From an uncultured cyanobacterium (GTDB taxonomy: Bacteria; Cyanobacteriota; Cyanobacteriia; Phormidesmidales; Phormidesmidaceae), in assembly GCA_963793265.1 (NCBI GenBank), contig CAWBZI010000005.1:160001-224000 (forward strand): a stretch of 64,000 nt of DNA. The letters are read 5' to 3'. Positions 1 through 10,110 of this stretch are shown piece by piece. Numbering within the stretch: the first letter of the stretch is position 1; every line of letters starts with the position of its first letter. The translations under genes and the position numbers were made by a program. The notes beneath the pieces were generated by a model that was not told where the DNA came from, searched no databases, and saw nothing but the letters and a program-made list of their open reading frames with translations.

Positions 1-822
1 GCCTGCGCCCATCAGGTCGCTCACGGGCACTGGGTTCTCAGGATCGATAGAAACCGAGAAGCCATCAGGATCGTTGATAAAATCTGTCATTTCATCGACG
101 AGTTCCTGGCTGAGGGTTTCGTCGCCTTCTGCGAGGCTTTTGTTGAGGTCAGCGATCGCTTCTTTTTTAAACTCATCTACGCTCACGCCATTAGCAGCAG
201 CGGCAGTATCAAACACGCGCGTTACAAACGAATCGTCTTTGTAATTGATCTGGGCCTCGTGGAACACCATGCCGAACAGAGAAAACGGCATACTTGCCAC
301 CGAAGCCGCATCCAGGCTGATGTTAGACAGATAAAGGGTCATATCAAAATCACCCATATCCTCTGCGCCCACCTGAAACTTCTTCAGGCGCACCTCTTTT
401 TCATCTTCTTCGTACTGATACTCAGTCGCAAAATTCACCGATAGCGTATCGCCATAGCCAAACTCTTTGAGCGACGCTGCATTCTCACCTAAGTCAGCCA
501 CCTTTAGCGCCATACCGTTGACAGCCACGTTGAGATAGGTAGGAATGTCGCCCTTTTCATCGTAGTTATACACCACCACTTCATCGACATTAAACGTCTC
601 ACCCGTACCCACAGGCGATAGGGTAATGTCTTTTACACGAGTACCGCCGCCTAGCAGCGAGGCGTTGACCTTCTTGTAATCAATATCGACCAGCTCAGAA
701 ACGCTCGAGATCGCCTCATCCACTTCCTTCTGAGCCGCCTTCGACACATAGATTTGAGCACCTGCTAGTAGCGCGATCGCACCCCCAACTACCCCAACAC
801 CAGCAATCACCTTCTTGTTCAT
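1..822 (-). CDS. Hypothetical membrane-anchored protein, partial (runs off the window start)
   Basis: Read manually: ATG at 822, MNKKVIAGVGVVGGAIALLAGAQIYVSK..., open to position 1, with an N-terminal hydrophobic anchor. Not in the ORF track because it has no stop in the window. Confidence 0.8.
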   Translation of the reverse strand, partial: MNKKVIAGVGVVGGAIALLAGAQIYVSKAAQKEVDEAISSVSELVDIDYKKVNASLLGGGTRVKDITLSPVGTGETFNVDEVVVYNYDEKGDIPTYLNVAVNGMALKVADLGENAASLKEFGYGDTLSVNFATEYQYEEDEKEVRLKKFQVGAEDMGDFDMTLYLSNISLDAASVASMPFSLFGMVFHEAQINYKDDSFVTRVFDTAAAANGVSVDEFKKEAIADLNKSLAEGDETLSQELVDEMTDFINDPDGFSVSIDPENPVPVSDLMGAG

Positions 823-984
823 AACGCCTTCAAAACTCCTTATTTTATGACCGACACCAGCAGCGCTCACGATAGTTAGCTATACACGCTGCTAGAACCG
901 TTTTCCGGTTTGCGCCTGCGCTCAGATTGCCCGGCTGGAGCTACGGCCTCATCTCCTTCTCTATACAAATGCACGCTCAAGCGG

Positions 985-1022
985 TTGACAGACAGCCCGT
1001 CTTTTGACTATCTATCTAGTCA
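985..1022 (+). promoter_or_regulatory. Putative promoter with an overlapping dyad operator
   Basis: TTGACA at 985-990; TGACTA-N6-TAGTCA dyad at 1005-1022 over the expected -10 region, ahead of a His-rich operon. Confidence 0.3.
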
Positions 1023-1040
1023 TCTGCACTATAGGATGTA

Positions 1041-1631
1041 ATGCAGTTTACTTCCCTCACCTCACACTTCACCATGGCAATCTACCAGGTTTGCAAAACT
1101 GTTATTACTGGCACAGTCATTGCTAGCACTACATTTCTAGCGGCGAGCTGTAGTCTTCAAAATAGGAGCACTGAGAGTATAGCCGCGCCCAACGTATCTG
1201 AAGCCCACGCAGAAGGCGAGCATGCTGATGGCGCAGAGCACGCTCACAAAGGCGTGAATACTAATCACGATATCTATCACTCCAAGGCGATAGAAGTTCC
1301 GGCAGGCAGACCCGTTCCAGCCGTTACCGTGCGCGTTGATGAAGACAGCGTACGCGGTTGGAATCTGTACGTTGGCACCGCGAATTTTGACTTTACACCC
1401 GAAGACGTTGGCGGTGAAAGTAGCGCGTTAGGAGGTCATGCACATCTATATATAAACGACGAGCCGGGACAGCGAATCTACAGCACCTGGACGCACCTAC
1501 CAGAACTACCGCCCGGCACCAACGAAATTCGCGTTACGCTAAATGCAAACGGTCACGAAAGCCTAACCACGCAGGGCACACCTATTGAAGACAGCGTGAC
1601 GGTTGACGTTTATGACCCCAATGCTGATTAG
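1041..1631 (+). CDS. His-rich putative metal-binding lipoprotein
   Basis: Lipobox-like LAASC, HAEGEHADGAEHAH tract, GHAHLY and NANGHE motifs. The true start may be the Met at 1074. Confidence 0.65.
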   Translation: MQFTSLTSHFTMAIYQVCKTVITGTVIASTTFLAASCSLQNRSTESIAAPNVSEAHAEGEHADGAEHAHKGVNTNHDIYHSKAIEVPAGRPVPAVTVRVDEDSVRGWNLYVGTANFDFTPEDVGGESSALGGHAHLYINDEPGQRIYSTWTHLPELPPGTNEIRVTLNANGHESLTTQGTPIEDSVTVDVYDPNAD

Positions 1632-1643
1632 CCACTAATTCTT

Positions 1644-2981
1644 GTGATGCCAAGCCCCTCAGACCTGTGGTTGATTGCGGCCCTGGGTTTTCTCGGGAGC
1701 TTTGGTCATTGCGTGGGTATGTGTGGCCCGGTGACTGCTGCTTTTGCGCTTTCAGCCCAATCGGCAGCGCAGTCATCGACGCCAGAAGGTCAAGAGGAAA
1801 ATCAGGGAAGACCACGACAGTCAACGGTTAGATTTCATCTGCTGCTCAATTTAGGTCGGCTGCTGAGCTATGCGCTGGTCGGTGCAGGAATTGGGGCGAT
1901 AGGATCGGTGGTCGTAGCGGGCGGGCAGGTGGCGGGTGTCGGATCTGCGTTCAGGCGAATGGTTTCTATTTTCACGGGTGTACTGCTGATCTGGTTTGGC
2001 TTAACGCAGGTGAACCCTGGTTTTTTGCCTAGTTTGCCTTGGCTACACCCGGCTAAACAGCAGCAGATTCATGAGCGGCTTAGCCAGCTTATGATGCGTG
2101 TGTCTAAGTCGAGTAGGCAGCGAACCGAGGCTGTGCTGCCGTTAATACTCGGCCTGCTTTGGGGGCTAATTCCCTGTGGCTTTTTGTATGCGGGCCAGCT
2201 TCGAGCGGCTGAAACGCAAAGCTGGATGGGGGGAGCAGCCGTGATGCTGGCGTTTGGCGCTGGTACGCTACCGGCCATGGTGGCGATGGGAACGGTGACG
2301 GCTGTGCTGAGCCGCGATCGCCGCTCTCAGCTATTCCGCATTGGCGGCTATCTCACGATTATCATCGGTGTGCTGCTGTTGGTTCGCACAGGCGACACCA
2401 TGAGTGACTACAGCGGTCACGCGGCGCTGATTTGCCTGATGCTAGCGCTGATCGCTCGTCCGGTCAGTCGATTTTGGGCAATGCCGCTGCGCTATCGCCG
2501 GGTGTTGGGCGTAGGGGCGTTCGCGCTCAGTCTGCTGCATATCATGCACATGGCTAGCCACACCTGGAACTGGAATTTTCAAGCCGTGCAGTTTATGCTG
2601 CTGGGGCATCAGGTCGGGATTGGGCTAGGGGCGATCGCAACTCTATTCATGCTGCCAGCCGCCCTCACCAGCTTCGATCGGGCTCAAAAAGCGCTAGGCA
2701 ATCGATGGCGAAAACTTCATCTGCTCGGTGTACCTGCTTTGGGCTTAGCCGCTATCCACACGCTGCTTGTCGGCGCTAGCTACTGGGGCGCGTTGGATCT
2801 TTCGTGGCAACATCAGCTCCGAGCAGTGGGTCTAGTCACTATGGTGGCCGTGGTATTTGGAGCGCGATCGCCTCACCTATGGTCTTTCTTCTCACTTAAA
2901 AAATATTATGCTTCTCCCAAAAGCTCGCTCTCGCTACCTTCATCTGAGTCTGAGCGCGATCACTGCTGCCATTCTGATTAG
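1644..2981 (+). CDS. TauE/SafE (DsbD_2/UreH-like) membrane protein fused to a ferric-reductase-like transmembrane domain
   Basis: GSFGHCVGMCGP and GLIPCG motifs; C-terminal RRVLGV...LHIMH...ALTS...WRKLH pattern. Confidence 0.8.
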   Translation: MMPSPSDLWLIAALGFLGSFGHCVGMCGPVTAAFALSAQSAAQSSTPEGQEENQGRPRQSTVRFHLLLNLGRLLSYALVGAGIGAIGSVVVAGGQVAGVGSAFRRMVSIFTGVLLIWFGLTQVNPGFLPSLPWLHPAKQQQIHERLSQLMMRVSKSSRQRTEAVLPLILGLLWGLIPCGFLYAGQLRAAETQSWMGGAAVMLAFGAGTLPAMVAMGTVTAVLSRDRRSQLFRIGGYLTIIIGVLLLVRTGDTMSDYSGHAALICLMLALIARPVSRFWAMPLRYRRVLGVGAFALSLLHIMHMASHTWNWNFQAVQFMLLGHQVGIGLGAIATLFMLPAALTSFDRAQKALGNRWRKLHLLGVPALGLAAIHTLLVGASYWGALDLSWQHQLRAVGLVTMVAVVFGARSPHLWSFFSLKKYYASPKSSLSLPSSESERDHCCHSD

Positions 2982-3561
2982 CCCAATAGTTACGCTCCTC
3001 TCAACCGCACAGGCCCACCAGGTAGAACTTTCTACTGACATCGGCGGCACTTTGCACATCGAGCCTAGCGATACGCCCCGCGCCGGAGAGGAAGTTTTGG
3101 CATGGGTGGCTCTCACCCGCAAAGGCGGCGAAACCCTTCCTTTAAAAGACTGCGATTGCCAACTGAACATCTACGCGTCAGCACAGCAAGGCAGCGACGA
3201 ACCGATTTTGTCTCCTGCGCTGATGGCGGTTGAGCAAGAAAGCTATGAGGGCATTCCAGGGGCAGAATTTATCTTTCCTGAGGTGGGCGCTTATACCCTG
3301 GAGATCAGCGGACAGCCTAAAGCAGAAGGCGCTGAAGCATTTGCACCGTTTGAGCTAGCCTTTGATGTCACGGTTGCCCAGGCGATTCCTACAGTCCCAG
3401 CAAACGCTGAGGCCGCGCTCCCTGATCCCTATAGTGAGGTGGTTTCTGAGCTAGAACCGGCTCCGTCTGGGATTAAAAGGTGGATTACGATCGGGATGGG
3501 CAGCGCAATTTTGTTGGGGCTATTCGCTGTGATAATGCAGCGATCGCGCCGCAGGTCGTAA
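2857..3561 (+). CDS. Exported, C-terminally anchored hypothetical protein (YtkA-like beta domain)
   Basis: Signal peptide ending AQAH, LHIEP, CDC, FPEVGAYTLEISG, C-terminal TM helix plus RRR. The start is probably later (~2908). Confidence 0.65.
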   Translation: MERDRLTYGLSSHLKNIMLLPKARSRYLHLSLSAITAAILISPIVTLLSTAQAHQVELSTDIGGTLHIEPSDTPRAGEEVLAWVALTRKGGETLPLKDCDCQLNIYASAQQGSDEPILSPALMAVEQESYEGIPGAEFIFPEVGAYTLEISGQPKAEGAEAFAPFELAFDVTVAQAIPTVPANAEAALPDPYSEVVSELEPAPSGIKRWITIGMGSAILLGLFAVIMQRSRRRS

Positions 3562-3608
3562 AATAAAAAGACTCACTCAAAACGCGCCCAGGAACCCAAC
3601 ACCTGATA

Positions 3609-4295
3609 ATGCAAGCAACTGACACCTACCACGACAATCTTCTAGATCGATTGTTCATTTGGCTCTTTTCTCGCAAAATGGCGAATGCCATCGGTGCTGA
3701 AATACCGATGAGCGGCTATGGTGGCTTTGTCGATCTCTCCAAACAGATCATGCAGGGGCGCAGTGCAGAGGAGCAGCAGGCAGCGGTGGCGCGGGTGCTG
3801 CAATCTTTGGTACCCGCTCCGGTGCTGTGGCTGATTCGGACGATCTTTTCACCCACTCGGCTGGTGTGCGTGCTCAATGCCTGGTTCGCTGCGCAGATGT
3901 TTGAGTGGCTAGTCGGCCCTTGTGAGGTGGCCGAGGCCGATGTAGAAGGGCTAGACGGGGTGGTGCGATCGCAGCCCAGCGCCGTTCAAATTCAGAAGTG
4001 CCGCTATCTAGAAGATTCGCAGTGCGTCGGCATGTGCGTAAACATGTGCAAGCTGCCAACCCAAACCTTCTTCACAGACAAGTTCGGCATTCCGCTCACC
4101 ATGACACCCAACTTTGAAGACCTTAGCTGCACCATGGTTTTTGGTCAGCTACCCAGCGAGCCTGAAGCCGACGAAGCCTTTACTCAGCCTTGCCTCAGTG
4201 AATGCGATGCCGGTAGGCCAACAGCAGCAGCTTGCCGGAAGCTGGCCTACCCGAGAACCGAGAGCAGCCATTACGGCACAGGCGCTTCATCATAA
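3609..4295 (+). CDS. Beta-carotene isomerase D27-like protein (DUF4033)
   Basis: WLVGPC, KCRYLEDSQCVGMCVNMCKLPTQTFF, GIPLTMTPNFEDLSC motifs. Confidence 0.88.
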   Translation: MQATDTYHDNLLDRLFIWLFSRKMANAIGAEIPMSGYGGFVDLSKQIMQGRSAEEQQAAVARVLQSLVPAPVLWLIRTIFSPTRLVCVLNAWFAAQMFEWLVGPCEVAEADVEGLDGVVRSQPSAVQIQKCRYLEDSQCVGMCVNMCKLPTQTFFTDKFGIPLTMTPNFEDLSCTMVFGQLPSEPEADEAFTQPCLSECDAGRPTAAACRKLAYPRTESSHYGTGASS

Positions 4296-4450
4296 CTTTA
4301 GTTCAGATTACGAAGCTACACGGAAGGCTAACTAAAGCATGAAATGGCAGGTTTAAACAGAAGTGAGAAAAAAACGCTTCCTTTGAACTTAAACCTACCT
4401 AAAATTATCGCAACTGAGCCTGCTTCCGTAAGTAATCAGTGCAAAAGCAT

Positions 4451-5119
4451 ATGAAACAAAAACTACTCCTAGCGCTCTCTGCTATGGCAATGGCGCTCGT
4501 CATTCAGCCACGGGCCGAAGCCTTAACTTTCACAACCTTTACCGACCGCAGCGAGTTTGAAGCCGCTGTCGGTGCAAGCTTGCTAACAACCGAAGACTTT
4601 AACAGGTTTGAGAGCGACTATAACTTTACGAGAAGATCGTTTACAAATGGCGATCTGACCATCACTGGCAACGGTAGTAGATCATTCATCGATGCGCCCG
4701 CTTTTAGAAACGCCGACAAAAACGTTGATGGGACAACCATGGCGGTCGTGTCGGCCAACAGCGAGATCAGCTCAAGCTTATCCTTTAGCACAGCCATCAG
4801 ATCCTTCGGTGCAGACTTTGCAGATTTCTCTGAAGGTCAACATGACACCCGGTTCAAATTCAGCGATGGTACAACCCTCGCACCCATCCTCACAGGCGCT
4901 AACGGCAGCGGTTTCTTCGGCTTCATTGCTGATTCGCAAATATCGTCCTTTGGCTTTGAGGCTTTTGGCATTAACGACGGTCTTGGCATCGATAACATCG
5001 CCTACAGTGCCTCTGCTGGCAATGCTACGGCGGTGCCCACACCTGCGCCTCTGCTGGGCGTTATTGGCATGGGGATTGCTGCTGTGCGTAAGCGCAAGCA
5101 GGCAATGGCTGCAAGCTAG
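4451..5119 (+). CDS. PTPA-CTERM (PEP-CTERM-like) sorting-domain surface protein
   Basis: Signal peptide (AEA), C-terminal VPTPAPLLGVIGMGIAAVRKRK. Confidence 0.85.
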   Translation: MKQKLLLALSAMAMALVIQPRAEALTFTTFTDRSEFEAAVGASLLTTEDFNRFESDYNFTRRSFTNGDLTITGNGSRSFIDAPAFRNADKNVDGTTMAVVSANSEISSSLSFSTAIRSFGADFADFSEGQHDTRFKFSDGTTLAPILTGANGSGFFGFIADSQISSFGFEAFGINDGLGIDNIAYSASAGNATAVPTPAPLLGVIGMGIAAVRKRKQAMAAS

Positions 5120-5156
5120 TCAATATCTAGCAGTAACCGAATAACGTTTCTTTGAG

Positions 5157-5191
5157 CGAACGATTTACACTGTATAAATCGTTCGTTTTTT
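5157..5191 (+). terminator. Intrinsic terminator
   Basis: 11-bp perfect stem CGAACGATTTA/TAAATCGTTCG, 7-nt loop, followed by a T run. Confidence 0.6.
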
Positions 5192-5202
5192 ATTTTTTAA
5201 AC

Positions 5203-5676
5203 ATGGTCGGCTCTGAAACTCAATGGAAGCTAAATCTGCTCTACGACGGTGAGTGTCCGCTGTGCGTGCGCGAAGTCAATTTTTTGCAGAAAAAGGATGC
5301 TGGCAGGGGGCTGGTGAAGTTTACAGATATTGCCAGTCTTGACTACAATCCAGCGCAGAATGGCGGCGTAGATTTTGAGACGGCAATGGGTCGAATTCAT
5401 GCGGTGCGCGCGGATGGCAGCATTGTCAAAAACGTGGCGGTGTTTCAAGAGGTATACGACGCTATTGGCATTGGCTGGATGTATGCACCTACTAAATGGC
5501 CTATTGTTGGCCCTTTGGTGAATAAAATTTATGATATTTGGGCCGATTGGCGACTGATGGTGACAGGTCGCCCTAATTTAGAAAAAGTGATTGCAGAGCG
5601 AGAAGAGAAACTGGCTAAACAGAGTGCCGATCAAGGGGCCAATCAGAGGGGCGCTCGCTGTCGGCTAGAAGCGTAA
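5203..5676 (+). CDS. DCC-family thiol-disulfide oxidoreductase (DUF393)
   Basis: LLYDGECPLC motif. ATG 5203 preferred over TTG 5152, which overlaps the terminator. Confidence 0.88.
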   Translation: MVGSETQWKLNLLYDGECPLCVREVNFLQKKDAGRGLVKFTDIASLDYNPAQNGGVDFETAMGRIHAVRADGSIVKNVAVFQEVYDAIGIGWMYAPTKWPIVGPLVNKIYDIWADWRLMVTGRPNLEKVIAEREEKLAKQSADQGANQRGARCRLEA

Positions 5677-5942
5677 ACTTTTGCAACTGTTGCAGTAAAG
5701 ACTATGACAGAAAATTTACTGAAATCACTTTGTTTTTTATCACCTGGCGCTAAGGCGAATCCACTCAGCAGCAAAAGATCTGCAGATCTTACGCAGATTT
5801 CATATAGATGATAACAACAAGAAATCGGGGGTGCAAAAATGTCGCCGATCGCTGATTTGATCTAGTGTATTTTTACTGGCTTTTTCCCAGCTAATCCTAC
5901 TAAAGCTAGTTCCTACTAAACAGATCGCGAGCAGTATTCACT

Positions 5943-7826
5943 ATGGACATCTTCGATTTTGGCACCACAAGCTTCTTAGACGGTAGCGATCTGAATATTG
6001 TTGAGGGACTCATAGAGAATGTAGATGACGGCGCGATCGCACTTGAGCCAACTTTAATCGCCGTGGATTTGGAGGATGGAGAAGGCAGCGGTAGTGACGA
6101 TCTTTCAGAGAGCCAGTTGAACAGCCTTAGAGAAGTATTGGGCGATCGCCCCTTCTCAGACGGCAGCTTTGTGCAATTCTTGAACGACTTAGGCAGCAGC
6201 GCGCTATCTAATTCAAACGTGGTGTTAGCGTTAGCGGCTATAGATGCTTCTGTTTTGACCAATAGCCAAGCAACAAACTGGCTATCTTCTCTGGTTGAGG
6301 CACTAGGCAGCGATGTCTTAGCTAATCGCAACTTTAGTCAGTTTATCTCTAGCCTGGATAGCGAAGTACTCACGAACGGCTCCTTTCTCAATTTCGTTAC
6401 CGACCTTAATCCTGGCCTATTTTTAGACGGGAGCTTTACCGAGTTTCTATCGGGTATTGGCGATGAGCTGCTTGTTAATGAGCGAGTTTTGGCAAATCTC
6501 AGCGGCCTTTCACCCAATTTTTTGAGCAACAGTAACTTTACTAACTTCCTTAGTAACCTGAGCGCAAACTTGCTCGCTGACGGCAGCTTTCTAAACTTTG
6601 TCTCTAGCCTGGACGACGACCTACTTGTTGACGAGACGTTTCTAACAGCATTTGGCGGACTTAATCCTGATATCTTAACCAGCGGCAGCTTCACAAATGT
6701 GCTCAGCCAGCTTGGCATTGAGCTAGTGAGTAATCCCACTTTTGCAAGCTTTGTCTCTAGTTTGGATCGCGACCTTTTTGACGACGGTAGCTTCGTCAGC
6801 TTCTTAACAGATCTCAACCCAAGTGTGCTGCTAGACGGCAGCTTTACTGAATTTCTATCTGGCTTAGATCCTCAGCTTTTAGCAGATAGAGCCTTCACTA
6901 CCGCATTAAATAACTTTGATACGTCGCTGCTAACGCAAGGCGTACTTACGCAATTTTTAGGCAGCGTTGGCCCCGAGCTAATCATCAATAGCGATTTTGT
7001 AAGTTTCGTCAATAGCTTGAGCGAACAGAGCTTACAGGACGCGAGCTTAATTAGCTTTTTAAGCAGCCTGAGTGATGAGGTTCTGAGCAATCGTGAATTT
7101 TTGGATGCGATCGCATCCCTCGATCCCGATCTCCTCAATCAGGCCGAATTCACTAACACGCTACTGGCCCTAGAAGAATCGGTACTACAAAGCGAAGACT
7201 TCTTATCCTTACTCAGTCAGCTAGATAGCAGCATTCTTAACGATCCAAACTTTCAAACACTGCTAATTGAAATTGACACCGCGCTGCTAGAGAACAGCAC
7301 CTTTGCCGATCTAGTCTCTAATTTGAGCACAACTGTTTTAACCGACCGCAGCTTCACGCAGGCGCTGAGTGAGCTGGATGCGGGTGCGATCGATAATTTT
7401 TCAAGTCTTCTTAGCAACCTCAACGAAGATATTCTCACCAGCGATGTCTTTTCGACGCTCATCAGATCCAACCCTAGTCTGTCAGATATAGATAGTTTGC
7501 TATCGCAGCTAGGCAATCTCTTCTCTGATTCCTCTACGCTATCTGCTCTCACCGATGAATCCGGTGAGGCTGATACGCTCACCGCAGGCGGTCTGTTAGG
7601 GCTAGACGCTGGCGATGTAGAGATTGATGAGGCGCTGCTGCTGACGAGCGGCGACAGTTTCTTGACCAGCGCAGACGTAGAACCGCTGGGAGGTTTAGCG
7701 ACTGATACGCTGATTGATGTCAGTGGTGGAACGGTTGATATAAACGCTACCGATTCTACGCTGCAACTGCCTGAGTGGATGAGCCAAACGGAAACAACGC
7801 CGTTTGAAGCGCCTACGATTGAGTAA
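5943..7826 (+). CDS. Acidic protein made of ~26 tandem 17-aa repeats
   Basis: 627-aa ORF with units such as LNPGLFLDGSFTEFLSG and LNPSVLLDGSFTEFLSG; no K, H, C or Y seen. Confidence 0.8.
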   Translation: MDIFDFGTTSFLDGSDLNIVEGLIENVDDGAIALEPTLIAVDLEDGEGSGSDDLSESQLNSLREVLGDRPFSDGSFVQFLNDLGSSALSNSNVVLALAAIDASVLTNSQATNWLSSLVEALGSDVLANRNFSQFISSLDSEVLTNGSFLNFVTDLNPGLFLDGSFTEFLSGIGDELLVNERVLANLSGLSPNFLSNSNFTNFLSNLSANLLADGSFLNFVSSLDDDLLVDETFLTAFGGLNPDILTSGSFTNVLSQLGIELVSNPTFASFVSSLDRDLFDDGSFVSFLTDLNPSVLLDGSFTEFLSGLDPQLLADRAFTTALNNFDTSLLTQGVLTQFLGSVGPELIINSDFVSFVNSLSEQSLQDASLISFLSSLSDEVLSNREFLDAIASLDPDLLNQAEFTNTLLALEESVLQSEDFLSLLSQLDSSILNDPNFQTLLIEIDTALLENSTFADLVSNLSTTVLTDRSFTQALSELDAGAIDNFSSLLSNLNEDILTSDVFSTLIRSNPSLSDIDSLLSQLGNLFSDSSTLSALTDESGEADTLTAGGLLGLDAGDVEIDEALLLTSGDSFLTSADVEPLGGLATDTLIDVSGGTVDINATDSTLQLPEWMSQTETTPFEAPTIE

Positions 7827-7841
7827 CAGGCTTAGTAGCGA

Positions 7842-8591
7842 TTAGTCTTCCTGTAAAAAGGCCAAATAGCCTGCGCTGAGTTCTTTGACGGCTAGCTCGT
7901 AAAACTGCTGGCCGTGCGCGGGCGTGGCCAAATCTGGATTAGAACCCATACGCCCATCGGCATAGAATTTGCGAAAGTCGGTGGCGTTGTAAATGGAGCG
8001 ACCTGAAGGGGCAACAGCGGGTGAAAGCTGAGCGGTTTTGATGGCTTCTGGATAGACGAACTGAGTAAGGGCGACTTCGCTGGGGGTGGCGTGAGAGCCT
8101 TCTTGATTGCCGTAGAGCTGTTGGGCTAAGTCGGTGACGGCTTTGCTTTGATACCAGTTGGCGACTTTGCAGCGAATGTTGCTGGCGTTCGGGAGGTTGG
8201 CATCTGCGATCGCCGCATAAGTTTCTGAAAAAGCAGCCTTCATCGTTGCGACATTGCCGCCGTGCCCATTGATGAAATAGAAGCGCTCGAAGCCATTGCG
8301 GGCCAGTGGCTTTATATAGTCTTGAATGAGGGCAATTAGGGTGCTGGGCCGGAGGCTAACGCTGCCAGGAAACGCGAGATGGTGAAGCGCCATACCCACA
8401 TTGATAGTGGGGCCAATCAGCGCATCGGTGGCTTCGCCTACGCCTTTGGCGACGATTTCGGCGCAGATAGCGTCGGTACCAATCAGGCCAGTAGGGCCGT
8501 GCTGCTCGGTGGAGCCGATAGGGAAAATGATGCCGCGCGATCGCTCCAGATACGCTTCAACTTCAGGCCAGGTACATAAATGAAGGAGCAT
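7842..8591 (-). CDS. Creatininase family protein
   Basis: PIGSTEQHG, INGHGGN, HATPSE motifs. Confidence 0.92.
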   Translation of the reverse strand: MLLHLCTWPEVEAYLERSRGIIFPIGSTEQHGPTGLIGTDAICAEIVAKGVGEATDALIGPTINVGMALHHLAFPGSVSLRPSTLIALIQDYIKPLARNGFERFYFINGHGGNVATMKAAFSETYAAIADANLPNASNIRCKVANWYQSKAVTDLAQQLYGNQEGSHATPSEVALTQFVYPEAIKTAQLSPAVAPSGRSIYNATDFRKFYADGRMGSNPDLATPAHGQQFYELAVKELSAGYLAFLQED

Positions 8592-8727
8592 ACGGGATTT
8601 TTGCCTCATCAAAAGGGCTTAATGGAATGGAAAGCTCAATCAGGCTATAGTTTAGCGCTTGCTGACTTGTCCGGAACTTACTGGGCGCACTCGGTAAGCT
8701 TAGAGTAAGCCAGCCCAGACGCGGCGT

Positions 8728-10110
8728 GTGTCTATGCTCACACAGGAAATTATTTCAATGGATCTTACCGATCTAAAACAAGCGATTCAAAGCCTCCCTC
8801 AAAATGCACCTGAGCCCGTCGTCAGCGCGCGATTTGTGCCGGTTCTTCTACGGGCATTAGGGTTTGATTTATCCGAGACAGTGCCCCAGTTCGAGACAGG
8901 TCAAGGGCCGGTTGATTACGCAGCCAGGCGCAGCTCAAAACACGATAGGTTTATCGATACCCGCACTCAGCCTTTTTTGTATGTTGAAGTAAAGGGGCAA
9001 GAGAGAACGCTGACGGGCCAGCATCCTCACTATACGAAAACGCTGGTTCAGCTCAAAAGATATCTTTTAGCGCCTAACTCCGAGTCGGTGCAGTGGGGCG
9101 TTATGACTAACTCCCGACACGCCCAGCTATTCCGTAAGCACGGCAAGGTTGTTTATCCGGTCACCCCCTGCCTGGACTGCTCTGATATTGAACAGGTCAT
9201 CAGCACGTTTCGCCGTCATATTGCTACGCCCCCTCGGGCGCTGACGGTTGCGGTATACAACAACAAAGGCGGCGTCGGCAAAACGACCACGACGATTAAC
9301 TTAGCAGCGGCCCTAACCGTGCTCGGAAAAAGCGTACTCGCTATCGACTTTGATCCGAATCAACAAGATTTGGGAGACTCGCTAGGTATGCCATCTGTTA
9401 AGGGTGGAACCCTGTTAGAAGCGCTTTCTCGCAAGTCGGCAAGCATTCAAGACAGTATTCAAACCTACACTTACAAGCATCCGAAAGCGCCTAGAGGCTT
9501 TGCCTTTGATGTAATTTTGTCGGATGCCTCAATGGCCTCAGAGATAGACGAGGTGAAGCTACGACAAAAGGTGAGGCCTGATGCCCTACTGCGCGCTTTA
9601 GAAGCGGTCAAAGATAATTACGACTATATATTGATCGACGCGCCGCCTAACTGGCGAATCTTTTCTCAGCGGGCAGTCTATGCGGCTGATGTGGTGCTAA
9701 TGCCTGCAAAGCACGACAACTTACACTCTTTTCAGAATGCAGCGATGGCCATTACTGAGCTATTGCCACAGGTACAAGAAGAACATATTAAGGACGGCGG
9801 CGCGGGGCCGACAGCGCTCCCTGTTTTTCTCAACAGCGCGCCTTCGAGCATTTCTCACGTACAGTCTGAGATGATGCATCAGGCAATTGTCAAAATCATT
9901 AAGCACAACCGCACGCATAAAAATATAGATCTGACGCCGTTCTTTTATCCTAAGTGGGTGCCGGGCCAGCGCAACAATGACATGGCTCAAATTCAGCAGC
10001 TTGCCTATATTTCTAAGGCTGACTTTCACCATGTCCCGGCAGTGTTTGGCTTTAAGGTCGCTCGCGAACAGTATTTTGAATTTGTCAGGGAGTATTTCTT
10101 GTGGGCTTAA
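8728..10110 (+). CDS. HsdR-N-like PD-(D/E)XK nuclease domain fused to a ParA/Soj ATPase
   Basis: N-terminal VDYA...VEVKG...QLKRYL...WGVMTN; C-terminal NNKGGVGKTT, IDFDPNQ, YDYILIDAPP. Confidence 0.85.
   Translation: MSMLTQEIISMDLTDLKQAIQSLPQNAPEPVVSARFVPVLLRALGFDLSETVPQFETGQGPVDYAARRSSKHDRFIDTRTQPFLYVEVKGQERTLTGQHPHYTKTLVQLKRYLLAPNSESVQWGVMTNSRHAQLFRKHGKVVYPVTPCLDCSDIEQVISTFRRHIATPPRALTVAVYNNKGGVGKTTTTINLAAALTVLGKSVLAIDFDPNQQDLGDSLGMPSVKGGTLLEALSRKSASIQDSIQTYTYKHPKAPRGFAFDVILSDASMASEIDEVKLRQKVRPDALLRALEAVKDNYDYILIDAPPNWRIFSQRAVYAADVVLMPAKHDNLHSFQNAAMAITELLPQVQEEHIKDGGAGPTALPVFLNSAPSSISHVQSEMMHQAIVKIIKHNRTHKNIDLTPFFYPKWVPGQRNNDMAQIQQLAYISKADFHHVPAVFGFKVAREQYFEFVREYFLWA

Noticed and set aside
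5906..7582. Minus-strand Lys/Ser/Leu-rich ORFs
   Set aside because: Antisense shadows of the repeat protein's biased codons.
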